In this document: piece by piece, positions 62,671 through 64,000 of the stretch
Layout: the number at the start of each line of letters is the position of its first letter
Position numbering within the stretch: position 1 is the first letter of the stretch
NCBI GenBank assembly: GCA_030704615.1
Contig: CM060733.1
Location: 36,704,001 to 36,768,000, forward strand
Origin: Takakia lepidozioides
Taxonomy: Eukaryota > Plantae > Bryophyta
Length of the DNA stretch: 64,000 nucleotides
Direction of reading: 5' to 3'
Position numbers and translations under genes: made by a program
The notes under the pieces: model-generated
Seen by the model: only the letters and a program-made list of their open reading frames with translations
The model's database searches: none
Told to the model about the DNA's origin: nothing

Positions 62671-62860
62671 AAAAAGGCACGTTCCTCCTGCCCATGAACT
62701 CCGGTGTAGACGTCCCTCCGGCAGTACTTGGCATCCTACAGTAAGAACAAATCCACTTCAAGAATGTCAATACCAGCACAACCAGAAAGGGTTTTCAATG
62801 AAATAAGAGAGCGGAGGGAGGTGCCTCACAAAATCTGGAGGCAACTTACAATGCCACCAC

Positions 62861-64000
62861 TCACTCGTAAACCGGGGGCTCCTCGGCCTCGATCCCAACT
62901 TCCTCCCCCTGCTCCTTCTCGGATTTTTCCTCATCCTCCGAGGATGCCTCTTCCTCTTTCGGCAGACGTTCAGCCGCTGCAAGTTCCGAGTTGTGGAGGG
63001 CAGTATCTGGCTCGAAGGCGAACACATGCCTGTCGGACAACGTCCCTGCCCACATTGAAGCACCTGAGGAACAAAGCGGGCGGTTAATAGCTTGCGGCAT
63101 GCAATTGCAATGGGGCCAGGGGACAAACTGAGCACGTGAAGGCTTACCCGTGCCGCATGTGAGGTCCAGAATCCGCCCTTGGACATCCGAGCACGTCTCC
63201 ATGAGGGTTTGGATGAAAGCAGGGCTCCGGGTCCGGCTGTACCGCCACGGTTTGCCTGTCTTTGTGTCCTTCGGCATACTAGAGTGGGGCACATAGTTGT
63301 AGAGGACATCGTAGGTTACAGGGTCCACAGCGGCATCAACAAGACGACCGTCGTTGCGGAATTTGAACGTAGACCCTCTCTTCACAAAGCAATATGCCTC
63401 AAACACCAATGTCTGCACATCCAAAAAAAAGGGATCAATTCCAGGGTCTACTTAACATACACCACAATATGAAGTGAATGCAATAGATTGATAACTTACA
63501 CTTTGGCCCTCTGTTCGCAACCCCTGCGTACTGATGCAGAACCATTTTCTGAGGAGGACCGGGGTGACACTTTTCGGTGTCCACCTTGCCACCGCATTCT
63601 CTGTGGTCTTCCCTCTCGTGGCAAGGACAACCACACATCCACCGTCATCCAGAAGCATCCCCGCCAGCCCAAACCCGGCTTTCCAGTAGTCCTCAGTAAA
63701 CCTGTTCCAGGTGGGCCACCCATCCAGGCCCTCCAGCAGCTCCCCATCTGGAATGTCGAGGAGAATCATGTCGCAAGCTCTCTCCACCTCAACCCCCCCC
63801 CCGAGTGCTCTTGCAATTCGTGCTCACAGCCGTGAAGAATTCCATCATGGCTTCAAAACCAGGGGTGTCTTTAGGCTCTGTACCGGCAGCCCTCTTCTTG
63901 GCTTTCCCCTTCTGCTCCGCCAGAGACTTGTTGTGTGCCACCTTCTTCGCCCTGGCAGCGAGAGCGTCAAGGAAGCTCTCATTGACGCATTGGATGATGG
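62861..64000 (-). CDS. Beta-class N6-adenine/N4-cytosine DNA methyltransferase-like gene, 3' exons (5' part beyond the window); one homopolymer frameshift
   Basis: Exons >64000-63500, 63412-63148 and 63063-62861 with GT-AG introns. IIQCVNESFLDAL...CDMILLDIPDG...WNRFTEDYWKAGFGLAGMLLDDGGCVVVL...RSPAFIQTLMETCSDVQGRILDLTCGTG|ASMWAGTLSDRHVFAFEPD gives motif order IV...X-I-II. Confidence 0.75.

Noticed and set aside
62861-64000. Bacterial contamination as the source of the MTase and ParB sequences
   Set aside because: Both contain GT-AG introns whose removal restores the reading frame or motifs, and both are embedded in plant repeats.

Overview
Eukaryotic, intron-containing DNA from a land plant, most likely a non-seed plant (inferred from PLS-type PPR remnants and the transposon families; species not determinable). 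Host genes: the 3' part of a PPIL1/CYP18-2-type cyclophilin plus a tandem pseudogene copy, and one intact 9-exon CYP85-clan cytochrome P450. The rest is transposon-rich: (1) a full-length 12.3-kb Mutator-like element (MULE-1, 2337-14662; TIRs, TSD, empty site visible in the duplicate) with a degenerate transposase and a convergent Ulp1-protease gene; (2) a chimeric EF-G/V-ATPase-D fragment; (3) a full-length 12.6-kb Ty3/Gypsy element (32803-45378) with an extra ORF region; (4) a truncated second Gypsy, two unpaired CACTA ends and PPR-derived ~420-bp repeats; (5) a second, unrelated MULE transposase flanked by GGCGCC-centred palindrome arrays and divergent from a spliced ParB/Srx-domain gene. 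At the right edge is a spliced beta-class N6/N4 DNA amino-methyltransferase-like gene. The best candidate for an undescribed system is a plant DNA transposon carrying a prokaryote/phage-like ParB + DNA amino-methyltransferase module, possibly one gene split by an inversion near 57790. All domain calls come from motifs read by eye; no searches were run.
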